Assembly (NCBI GenBank): GCA_963575745.1
Contig: CAUYUJ010000124.1
Location: 62,001 to 117,937 of the forward strand
DNA: 55,937 nt
From: Prorocentrum cordatum
Lineage: Eukaryota
Direction: 5' to 3'
Part shown: in pieces, positions 12,144-22,931 of the stretch
Layout: every line of letters starts with the position of its first letter
How positions within the stretch are numbered: the stretch's first letter is position 1
Notes under the pieces: model-generated
Told to the model about the DNA's origin: nothing
The model's database searches: none
Seen by the model: the letters and a program-made list of their open reading frames with translations, nothing else
Translations under genes and position numbers: made by a program

Positions 12144-14510
12144 TTTTTTTTGAGACGTTGATGAGTTTATTCACTTAACTCGAGCCTCAGATGAAGTAAA
12201 GGGCTCTCCGGCACAGCAATCGGAAGGCATTGACCAGCACGTGCTAATCTAAAGAAAACTAGTACTCTCCAATTTCTTTGGAGATGATGATGGTTTTCTT
12301 CAATTAACTCGAGCAGCAGATGAGCAACAGAGCTGTTCGGCTCAGCAATCGGGAGGAAATCATCAGGCGCGATAGTTCTAGGTATCTAGACGCCTGGAAT
12401 CAGTCGGCTATCAGCACTGGGGCTGAAACGCTATCCGTACTCTGTTATTTTTCTCGATATGGTGATGATTTTCTTCACTCAACTCGAGCTGCAGATCAGC
12501 TACAGAGCTATGCGGCACAGCAATCGACAGACAATCATCAGGCGCGCTACTAGACACCTGGACTGGGCCTGCTATGAGCGCAGAAGCTGAACAATTATTC
12601 ATGCTCTGTTCTCTTTGGAGATGGAATTGGTTTTCTTGACTTAGCTCGAGCTGCAGATGAGCTCCAGAGCTCTTAGGAACATCAATTGGAAGGATCACCA
12701 GGCGCGCTATTTCAAAGTATCTAGACGCCTGAAATCAGTCTGCTATCAGCGCTCGGGCTGAACAACTCTTCGTACTCTGCTAATTGCTTGGAGATGGTAT
12801 TGGTTTTCTTGACTTAACTCGCGCTGCAGATGAGCTACAGAGCTGTTGAGCACAGCAATTGGGAGGGAATCATTAGAGGCGCTAGTTAAAAGTTTCCTGC
12901 TTGAAATCAGTCTGCTATCAGCGCTCGGGCTGAAAAACTATTCGAACTCTGCTAATTCTTTGGAGGGTAGTATAGGTTCTCATGATTGAACTCGACCTGC
13001 AGATGAGCAGGGAAACTCTACCAGTCTTCCGGCGGTACCAAGATTGACGGTTTACCGCATGGCGCCCAGTTGGTAAAAACATCTCTACGGAAGTTGTTTT
13101 GTTTTTGTTGTGTTCTCCTGTTAAAATTCGATTCCTCGAAATTCAACAATTCTTTGGAGCTCTAGTATATTTTCCTGCGATATTCGATCTTATTCCCGCT
13201 CGCTTCTCAATCTCAGATCGATCGGATACCTATTACTTTTCGAGATGGTGATGCTTTTCTTGAGTCGAGCTTCAGATGAGCTACAGCTATTCGGCACAGC
13301 AATGGGAAGAAAATAAAAGGCTCGCTAGTTGAAAGCATCTAGAGAGGCCTGAAATCAGTCTACTATCAGCGCTGGGGCCGAAAAAATATCCGTACTCTGT
13401 TAACTTTTTAGAGATGGTGACTGGCGCCGGCGGTGAACCGTCAACCTCGTCACCGCCGGGAACAACCTCGTAGAGCTCCCTGCACCCGTCTGAAAGCTCA
13501 GGATCGAAGCGGAGAGCTTCTGAAAGCTTTCCTAGAAAAATATCAAATTCCGATTTTTCAGAGTCTACATGAAGTCGGCCCCGGGAAATCAACTAATACT
13601 AAAACTGACTCTAGAGAGCTCAGCTGCTGAGAGAGCGAAGTTTACATGCCAATACTTGACGTAAGAATCTGCTTTCTGAAATGAATTATCAAGTATCTCA
13701 AATCTGAGCAAAACCGACCCAAAGTCACCACTTTGTCCTTTCTGGTCGGGTCGACCAACTAGCTACACCCCGCGCCGGAATTCCTCCAGCTCATGGCAGA
13801 GGTGCTTTTCCCTCGCTCCTCGTTGTTCTCCACATCCTCCTCCATGGAACCGCGCCCTGGCGCGCGCAATGCGAGATTGCCGCGCCCGCATTGCCCGAGG
13901 AAGCTCTACGACCCCCAGCATAAACACAAAACTGGCGCCGGCGGTGAACCGTCAACATGGTCTTTTGCGTCTTTTGCGAAGGCCGGTTCGAGCTCCCATG
14001 GGAGCAGGCCTAAACACAAAGAACCTAAACAGCGAAGCTGTACAGGAAGACAGCGAAGCTGCAAAGATTTAAACAGAGGTGCATCAAACAGCGAAGCTGT
14101 ACAGATATGCACAAGACTGCCAATACACTAGAATACAAAACAACAAAGATGATGAAAGAAGCTGTACAAGACAGCAAAAAGCAGTGAGAGACCATACTGT
14201 AACCACTGGCTTATACAGCGATTACCGTCTCAACACCACTGAGAAAAACACGAAGCTCAGAGAACTGAGATACCGAGTGCGCTTTGACACCATACCTAAG
14301 TGAAACCTGGTCGTGTGAAACCATGTCTAAGTGAAACCTGGTCGTGTGCTTTGACACCATGCCCATACAGCTGGTCTCGCTCATGCAGGCGAGACACACC
14401 TCCGCACGAAGGGCGAACACGGCAATATAGATCACTAACACAAACAGAAGCATGTGCAATCACTCAATCACTTAATCAATTGGGTGTCCGACCTTGGCCG
14501 CCAACTCGCG

Positions 14511-15821
14511 CTAGTTCATTACATTTCGACGCATCCATTCATCCTGAAATTTCAACACGTCGTACATAGCTTTCGTAACGCTTTTAGGAACGAGTCCGTG
14601 GTGCATAAAGTCTCTGATATCCGTCGACATATGGGTCATATTGGCTATCGGGCCAAGTCTCGCGCGCTCCCAAAGAAGCGCTTCAAGCAACACAGGTTTT
14701 TCCTCGGCACCCCAGGCCATAAGGCGATACACCGTGGCAGCCGTGAAAGAGTGAACGAGCTTTACCCAGCCAGACTTGCGGAAACAGTATTTCCTGATCC
14801 TTAAATTGCACACCAACTGATACAAATAGTCTGCATGGCCACGTTTCTCCTCGTCCTCCGTCACTGCTGTACTCACAACTGCATTAGATAAACTCCCAGT
14901 CGTGGAACTCCCCAGTGCATCAGATGAACTCCAAACTGCGGAACTCCCAACTGCAGAACTCCCAGCCACAGAATCTGACCGAATCCTGTGGTCAGCCTCC
15001 GTTGAACTCCCAACTGCAACAGCAGAACTCCCAGTCATGGAACTCCCGACTGCATCAGCTGAACTCCAAACCGCGGTACTCCCAACTGCAGAACTCCCAG
15101 CTGTTGAACTCCCAACTGCATCAACAACTGCATCAGCGGAACTCCGAACTGTGGAACTTCCTACTGCACTCCGAACTGTGGAACTCCCGACTGCACTGGA
15201 ACTCCCAACTGCAGAAGCATCACCCTGATCAGCGCGCGCTCGATGACGCTCCTCCTTCTCCTCCTCACCAACAAAGAGAACACAAAGACCAGTCTGAGTC
15301 CCACACGCAATGTGAGCACAGGGATCTGTCTGAGTCCCACAATCGGAACACTGCGAACACGAAGAGTTGCCAGCCAATTCAACAGCATCCATATCAGTCT
15401 GCGTTCCACAAGTGTCCTCAACCCACTCCTCTTCCTCAGAATCGTCCGAGCAGAAATTCCGATAATATCTGGGCGCGCAAATGCCGCGCGAACAAGGCAC
15501 GACGGATCTGGCCCCCCGAGCCGTGGACCATAAACGATACCTGGCACGTTTCGCCCGCAGGCGGCGCAACTTCGATTGAGAAACTTTGACACCATGCCCA
15601 TACAGCTGGTCTCGCTCATGCAGGCCAGACTCACCTCCGTACGAGGGGCGAACACGGTAATATAGATCACTAACACACACTTCGACCGACAAACGAGCAG
15701 ACAAACAAGCGAGAAACTCGGAAGTAAACAACGCCGTATCTGTCCAATATGAAGCAACAAAATCCGCGCCTGACAACTCAGATGAAACAAACTCCATATA
15801 TAAAACGGACTCGCTCAACAA
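14511..15821 (-). CDS. Hypothetical 436-aa protein with Ser/Ala/Val-rich internal repeats (cargo or ORF1-like)
   Basis: Single long ORF between SL and tail; acidic DDSEEEE patch, CGTQTD repeats and AVGSST repeats. The real start may be the ATG of MEFVSSE (about 15797). Confidence 0.6.
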   Translation of the reverse strand: MLSESVLYMEFVSSELSGADFVASYWTDTALFTSEFLACLSARLSVEVCVSDLYYRVRPSYGGESGLHERDQLYGHGVKVSQSKLRRLRAKRARYRLWSTARGARSVVPCSRGICAPRYYRNFCSDDSEEEEWVEDTCGTQTDMDAVELAGNSSCSQCSDCGTQTDPCAHIACGTQTGLCVLFVGEEEKEERHRARADQGDASAVGSSSAVGSSTVRSAVGSSTVRSSADAVVDAVGSSTAGSSAVGSTAVWSSADAVGSSMTGSSAVAVGSSTEADHRIRSDSVAGSSAVGSSAVWSSSDALGSSTTGSLSNAVVSTAVTEDEEKRGHADYLYQLVCNLRIRKYCFRKSGWVKLVHSFTAATVYRLMAWGAEEKPVLLEALLWERARLGPIANMTHMSTDIRDFMHHGLVPKSVTKAMYDVLKFQDEWMRRNVMN

Positions 15822-16060
15822 GAAGAAGAAGGCAAATCACAAGCAATAACTAGATGGACAGTTGAGATAACCAAGGAAAATGCTGTTCCAACGATACTCA
15901 GACAATCTCAACAATAATGTGCACTCCGACGACGATGGGCGTGAACAGGCCTGCGACAATCAATGAGAGTGTACGGTACTCAGGCAAAACAGACACTGAA
16001 GCACCGTGTACGGTAAAGAGAACCAAACACCAGGCACGGCACAATGCCGCTCGAGGAGGC

Positions 16061-16098
16061 CTTGAGCCTTGAGCCAAATCTTGATCCAAAATGGCTAC
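16061..16098 (-). other. Dinoflagellate spliced leader plus two relic SLs
   Basis: Minus strand GTAGCCATTTTGGATCAAG-ATTTGGCTCAAG-GCTCAAG versus DinoSL DCCGTAGCCATTTTGGCTCAAG (18/19 match, then 11/12 and 7/7). Confidence 0.9.
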
Positions 16099-17733
16099 CT
16101 CGTAGAGCTCCTTGCACCTGTTAGAAAGCTCGGGATGCGGAGAGCTTCTGGGAGCTTTCTGGAAAAACGTCAAATTGAGATTTTCGGAGTCAAGATAAAG
16201 TCGGTTCCCGGGAGTGAACTGGCACTAAAACTGGCTCTAGAGAGCTGAGCTGCTGGGGAAAAAAGTTTATGGGAGCAGGCGGTAAACCGTCAACCAGGTT
16301 ACCGCCGGAAGCCTCGTAGAGCTGTTTTCTCGTGCGGCACTGCTCGGAACACACGCAAGAAGCTTCGTCAAGCGTGGAAAGCTCGAAAATATTATTTTCT
16401 GATTTCATCGAAAGTCGGTTCCGCCAAGTGATTTGATAGTAATACTGCAGCTACAGACTACTAGAGGTGCAAAAAAAACTAGTTCTTGAAACGAATGTTG
16501 GAATACTGGAATCCGGCGGTAAACCGTCAACCACGACACCGCCAGGAGCTTCGTAGAGCTCTGTTCTCGCGCGGCGCTGCTCGGAGCACACGAAACATGC
16601 TTGCTCAAGCGTAAAGAAGAAACTCGAAAATTAAGTTTTTATTTTGTATCTTCGTTTCGTTCACCTAGCTCGAGTGCCAGACCGAGTTCAGACCTCTCGA
16701 TGCGAGAAAAGAACGCGCCGGGTGATGCTCGATCGTTCTATATGCGTACCAGCTCTGAAGCTATTCTAAATCTTCAGTTAAGGGAAACCGACAGCACATC
16801 TCAAGATCACTCCTACAATTCGAATAAGGTCGCGCCTCTAGCTCGAGTAGCAGACCGAGTTCAGACCTCTCGATGAAACAGAGAAACGCTCCTTAAGATA
16901 CTGGATCAGGTTCTGCAACCTAGATCTCGACTTAAGTACAGAAAACCGTCAAGGCGTGTCAAGATCACTCAAAACGGCCGACGATTCCAGCAAGTGTTTT
17001 AATAGTAATATTGCAGCTACGGACCTGAGAATTTGACTGGCAGACGCGGCATAACCCACTACAGGTGGGGAAAACACTGGTTCTGAAAACGAATTTCAAA
17101 TTTTCTAGAAAGATAGGAAAACCGATCCCAAGTCAACACTGTCTCTCAAGGTCGGGTCGGCCAATTGGCGCCGGCGATGAACCGTCAACCTGGTCACCGC
17201 CGGGAACCTCGTAGAGCTCCTCGCTCGCGTGAGATTGCTCAGAATCGAAAGAGATTCCTTCTGGAAGCATTTCTTGAAAGAATCAAAATTCATATTTTTC
17301 ATGTCGACGTGAAGTTTTCGCCAAGTGTTTTGATAGTAAAAGTGCGCCTAGACAGCTCATATTAAGACGCACAGGCTCCTATAGTCGTCTACAGGTGCGA
17401 AAAAATCTGCCAAAATGAATTGTAAAATATATTTGAAATCTTAGGAAAGCGGGCAAAGTTGTCACATCTTCTTTTCTGGCCGGGTCGAACTGGGAACCGG
17501 CGGTAAACGGTCAATCCGGGGCTCTCGTAGAGCTCTGTTCTCGCACGGCGCTCCTCGGTATAGATGAAGGAAAATCTCGAGCAAGACCCAAAAAACTCGA
17601 AAAACCCGTTTTAATGTCTTTATCCAAAGACGGTTCCCCCAAGTGTTTTAATAGTAATACGCTACGGACCTGAAAATTCATTGGCGGACGCGGCATAAGA
17701 GCTACGAGGTACTAGCTCTCCAGCGCCCCGGAA

Positions 17734-18130
17734 CTGGCGCCGGCGGTGAACCGTCAACCTGGTCAGCGCTGGGAACCTCGCACAGCTCCTTTGACGCGTG
17801 AGTGCTCAGAGTCGAAAGAGAGAGCTTCTCGAGGCATTTCTCAAAACATTGAACATTGATTTTTTTGATAGGCGAGATGAAGTTTGTTGCGCCAAGTGTT
17901 CCGATGGTAAATGTGCGCCTACAGATCTCATATTAAGACGCAGAAGCCCTCATAGTCGTTTACAAGTGCGAAAAATCTGGTTCATCAAAATGAATTGTCA
18001 AATATCTTTCAAATCTTAGCAAAACCGACCCAAAGTTATCACATCTTCTTTTCTAGCCGGATGGACCAACTAGCTCCATCCCGCGCCGGAATTCCTCTAG
18101 CTCATCCAGAACGAAGAACTCCACGAGGTA
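17734..18130 (-). mobile_element. HINE family B (about 400 bp, no satellite)
   Basis: Hairpin 3' end at left and 5' end gaagaactccacgaggta at right; body similar to 30294-30693. Confidence 0.75.
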
Positions 18131-18532
18131 CTTGAAACCGGCGGTAAACCGTCAACCAGATTACCGCCGGGAACCTCGTAGAGCTCTTTTCTTGCACGGC
18201 GATCTTCGAAATTCATGAAGAAAGCTTCTTGAGCGAGAAACAAAAAACTCGGAAAATCACGTTTTTCTGTTCTTATCCAACGCCGGTTCCGCCAAGTGTT
18301 TTGATAGTAATACTGGGACCTGAGAATTTGACTGGCAAACGCGGAATAACCCACTACAGGTGCGAAAAATCTGGTTCCTCAAAATGAATTGTCAAATATC
18401 TTTCAAATCTTAGCAAAACCCAACCAAAGTTGTCACATATCTCTTTTGGTCGGGTCGGCCAACTAGCTCCACCCCGCGCCGGAATTCCTCTAGCTCATCG
18501 ACTGGCACCGGCGGTCAACTGTCAACCTGGTC

Positions 18533-20822
18533 TTTTGCGTCTTTTGCGAAGGCCGGTTCGAGCTCCCATGGGAGCAGGCCTAAACACAAAGAACCTAAAT
18601 AGCGAAGCTGTACAGGAAGACAGCGAAGCTGCAAAGATTAAAGCAGAGGTGCATCAAACAGCGAGGCTGTACAGATATGCACAAGACTGCCAATACACTA
18701 GAATATAACACCAAAACAGTGAGACGCAGTAACCACTGGTTCATACAGCGACCACACGAGAAGCAGTGAGAGACCATACAGTAACCACTGGTTTATACAG
18801 CGATTACCGTCTCAACACCACTGAGAATGCACAAGGGATTAAAGATCAGAATGCAGGTAAGAAATGCAAACTGAATTATGAACACACACACACAAACAGA
18901 CAAAGTGAATTATGAACAGGCAACATACGGAGTGGATATGCAAATTACAGAATGGATATGCAATGAACTGATAAGTTGGAAGCTCACTGAACTCATGACA
19001 TTAAACGTGCAATGAACGCATGAGTTTGGAAATTCAACTCAGGAAACTTGCCTTCCAACATCTGTTGAAGCACGCCCAGAAACTTGCATTCAAACATCTG
19101 CGAAAGAGACTCGCATTCCAACATCTGCTGAAGAAACGCCTGTCCCAACTGAACCGAGAACTCGGCGCGTATCTTGCAACGTCCATTGGCTGAAATCCTC
19201 CTTCCAAAAACTTGCATGAGCATGTTCGCCCAGAGTTCTAGGCCCAACTTGCACCTCAATGAGGTCTTGCAGGATGCCCTCAACAACGGTATCGCGCGTT
19301 GCCCTTTGCCTGGTGAAACCGTGAATTTCTGATATTTTCAATCTGGTACACATATAGAACACACCAAAAAGAATGTCGTGATTGAGGCTATACCCGTAAC
19401 CGAGCTTCCGGCACTGAGTCTTAGAGGCAACTGGAGTGCCGAACTTTCTGCCCAGACATCTGGCGAGACGAAACACGTTTTGTGACGTAAAGCTCATGCG
19501 AAGCATGTCATCTATCAAGTACCTTCGCCCGTGCACTCCAACCTCAATTACGAACTGATCAAACTGCTCCATCTTATCTGGCACCCTAACCTCAGATCGA
19601 TTCACTCGCGCGCAAGTTGTTGCACTACCAGCTGAAGAGACTCGCATTCCAAACTCCGCATCTTGTTCTGCTGAAGAAACTTGCAATCCAACATCTGCTG
19701 AAGAAACTTGCATTCCAACGTCTGTTGAAGCACCCCCAGAAACGTGCATTCCAACATCTGCTGACGAAACATGCATGCCAACATCTTGTTCTGCTGAAGA
19801 ACCTTGCAATCCAACATCTGCTGAAGAAACTTGCATTCCAACGCCTGTTGAAGCACTCCCAGAAACGTGCATTTCAACCTCTGCTGAAGAAACATGCATG
19901 CCAACATCTTGTTCTGCTGAAGAAACTTGCAATCTCACATTTGCTGAAGAAACTTGCATTCCGACGCCTGTTGAAGCACTCCCAGAAACGTGCCTTCCAA
20001 CATCTGCTGAAGAAACATGCATGCCAACATCTGCTGAAGAAACTTGCGTTCCCACGTCTGCTGAAGAAACTTGCATCGCAACATCTGCTGAAGCACTCCC
20101 AGAAACTTGCATTCCAACATCTGCTGAAGAAACCTGCATGCCAACATCTGCAGTAGGAACGTGCATTCCAACAGCTGCCGAAGAAACTGGCGCCCCCACA
20201 TTTTGCCGAGGGGGAGACTTTGCCAAGCTTGCATAGGGATCTTCCGTCCTGGAACCACTCATTTCATGTTCCTCCTTTCCACAAATGGCATCAAAAAGAT
20301 AAATCGTACTCCCTGCAGAGAAGCCCGAATGCGCGAGACCACATGAAGCAGATGCCGCCTCCTCCTCCTCCTCCATATCGTCAAAAACAGCAGCTGAGCT
20401 ACCCTCGGAAGTAGAATCGAGATATCGAAAAATATCGGGGAGCATATATCTTCTGCACACAAACGCCCTGCCGCAACTCTGATCCATATTTAATATACCT
20501 CGGAGCCACAATTCTGAATTCCAATGCGCCAAACAATGAGATCACGCGCGGCGTCTCTCTGGCTCGCTCCAATTCGGCGACTCTCTTTTGGAGCGTCCTC
20601 ACTGTTGAGCAAAGCCAATTGACAACTTCTGAAGAAACGACCATATGAGAACAAAGAGATACACAAATTCGACAATCAATAAGAGTGTACGGTACTCAGG
20701 CAAAACAAACACTGAAGCACCGTGTACGGTAAAGAGAACCAAACGCCAGGCACGGCACGATGCCGCTCGAGGAGGCCTCCGACGGGCCAGGTCGCCGCTG
20801 AGATCCCGAGGAGGGACAGCAG
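18533..20822 (-). mobile_element. Retroposon-like insert in HINE hairpin with 10-bp TSD
   Basis: caacctggtc is duplicated at 18523-18532 and 20823-20832. Removing the insert restores a normal hairpin+subTIR. Same tail as 13963-16098. Confidence 0.88.
19090..20644 (-). CDS. Hypothetical repeat-rich protein, probably frameshifted near 20430 (cargo or ORF1-like)
   Basis: 480-aa ORF 19090-20532 with SSADVGMQV repeats. The overlapping upstream ORF MVVSSEVVNWLCSTVRTLQKRVAELE..IYAPRYF parallels the sister ORF's MEFVSSE..ICAPRYY. Confidence 0.55.
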
Positions 20823-21721
20823 CAACCTGGTCACCGCTGGGAACCTCGTAGAGCTTCTTCCACGCGTTAGAGTGCTCAGAGTCGAAGAAGAGAGCTTCTG
20901 GAGGATTTTCTCAAAAATTGAGTATTCATTTTTTTCATGTCGAGATAAAGTTGGTTGCGCCAAATGTTAGGAAAGTGCGCCTAGAGAGCTCATATTAAGA
21001 CGCAGAGACCCTCGCAGTCGTCGACAGGTGCGAAAAATCTGGTTTCTCAAACGAATTGTCAAACATCTTTGAAATCTTACCAAAACCGACCCAAAGTTAT
21101 CACATCTTCTTTTCTGGTCGGATCGACCAACTAGCTTCACCCCGCGCCAGAACTCGGCGCCGGCGATAACCGTCAATCTCAATCGATGAGGTGTGCTTAC
21201 AAGCTCTGTATCTGTCTTGTATCTCGAGTTAAGTCCAATATACCAACAACGCATATCAAGAACTCGAAATAGCCGGTCCCGCCGGTGAGCTTTTTTGCAG
21301 TACAAGGTACCTGATCGAGCTGAGATCAAGATGGCGCGCGGGAATGAGATCGAAAATCATAGGAAAAAATAGTAGAGCTCAAACGAATTGAGGATTCTCG
21401 AAAAGAAAATGTTTAACCGACCAATAATCACTAAAGGTCCGTCGATATTTTTCTGGCCAACTAGCTCCCCGGCGCCCTGGAATTACTAGCCCTCTTCTGG
21501 CCAACTATCTCTAGCGTGCATTTGCTAGCGTCCAAAAACCGGAGAGCAAAGGGTAACTTGGTAGCGTCCAACTGGCGCCGGCGGTAAACCGTCAACCTGG
21601 TCACCGCCGGGAACCTCCTCGTAGAGCTCCTTTCACGCGTGAGTGCTCAGAGTCGAAAGAGAGAGCTTCTCGAGGCATTTTCCGAAAAATTGAACATTCA
21701 TTTTTGTTCATGTCGACACAA

Positions 21722-22931
21722 CTGGGCGCCGGCGGTAAACCGTCAACCTTGCTTACCGCCGGGGGACTCGTAGAGCTTCCTGACAGTATATAATATCGAA
21801 AAATTGTAGAGAACGAATAGTTTTCAGCCAAAGTGATTCAGACCTTTCGATACAACAGCCGAACCCCCCTGATGTTCGATTGTCTTCTACACGAGCTCTG
21901 TAGCTCTCCTACAATCCGAGTTACGTGCGTAAATCGACAGCACCTTTCAAGGTGACTCGAACAATACGAATAGTTCGGCGAATCTAGCTCGAGTATCAGA
22001 CCGAGTTCAGATCTCTGAATGCAATAGTAGGACGCGTCTGATTTTCCCGAATTGATTTCGGTTATTACCAGCCCTGCAGCCACCCTACAGCCCGAGTTAA
22101 GTGCAGAAAACCGACAGCGACTCTCAAGATGACTCGAACAATACGAATAGTTTCGCGACCTAGCTCGGGCAGCAGACCGAGTTCCGAGCTCTCGATTCAA
22201 CAGAAGAACGCGCCTGATCTCTCCGAATCGATCCCTGAGATTACCAGCACTATAGTGTCCCAACAGCCTGAGTTAAGTACAGAAAACTGGCAGCACCTGT
22301 CAAGATGACTTGAACAATACAAAGGGCTTCGCAATTGTAGATCAGGCAGCAGACCGAGTTCTGAGCTCTGGATTGAACAAACACCGCGACTGATGATTAT
22401 GAATCAGTTTCTGTAAGTATCAGCTGTGTAGCTGTCGTATAGCTCGAGTTAATTACAAAAAACCGACAGTGTCTGTCAAGATGACTCGAATAATACGAAT
22501 AGGTTTGCGCACCTAGCTCGGCTAGCAGACCGAGTTCAGACCTCTAGATGGAACAGGCGAACACGCCTGGTCATTCTGCATCGATGAGGTGTGCTCACCA
22601 GCTCTGTGGCTCTTCTATAGCTCGAGTTATGTTCAGAAAACCACCACTGCGTGTCAAGATGACCCGAAACGGCCGATCCCGCCTGCCTGCTTTTGGGCAG
22701 TAATATCTACCAGATCGATCTGAGATCAAGACGGCGAGCAGAAATAAGATCGAATTCAACGGGAAAAAATACTAGAGCTCTAACGAATGTTCAAATTTCG
22801 AGAACAAAATTTTCAACCGACCAAAAGTCACCAAAAGGTCCGTCGAGATTTTTCTTGCCCACTAGCTCTCCAGCGCCGGAATTACTCATAAGCTTCCAGC
22901 AACAACTTGCTAAGGAAAGCTCTACTAGTTA
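21722..22931 (-). mobile_element. Complete HINE family A copy
   Basis: Hairpin end at 21722, satellite units, and 5' end aggaaagctctactagtta. Confidence 0.78.

Larger units (their letters stand above)
620..13400. repeat. About 175-bp variant of the same satellite, mostly in the opposite orientation
   Basis: The gatgagct register recurs at 11581/11756/11931 and 8305/8480 (period 175). Confidence 0.88.
13963..16098 (-). mobile_element. Retroposon-like insert in HINE hairpin, SL-capped
   Basis: 3' tail ...cgcaaaagacgcaaaa joined to target gaccatgttgacgg; 5' end is stacked DinoSL sequences; ends shared with 18533-20822. Confidence 0.82.

Noticed and set aside
16066..16098. Alternative Helentron hairpin (agcca..tggct) next to a subTIR
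   Set aside because: Better explained as stacked spliced-leader sequences, which are partly self-complementary.
20740..20822. HDV-like ribozyme at the insert 5' end (GCC-TCCTCGAGC-GGC resembles P3/L3)
   Set aside because: I could not find a P1 partner or the GG needed for P1.1 at the required positions.
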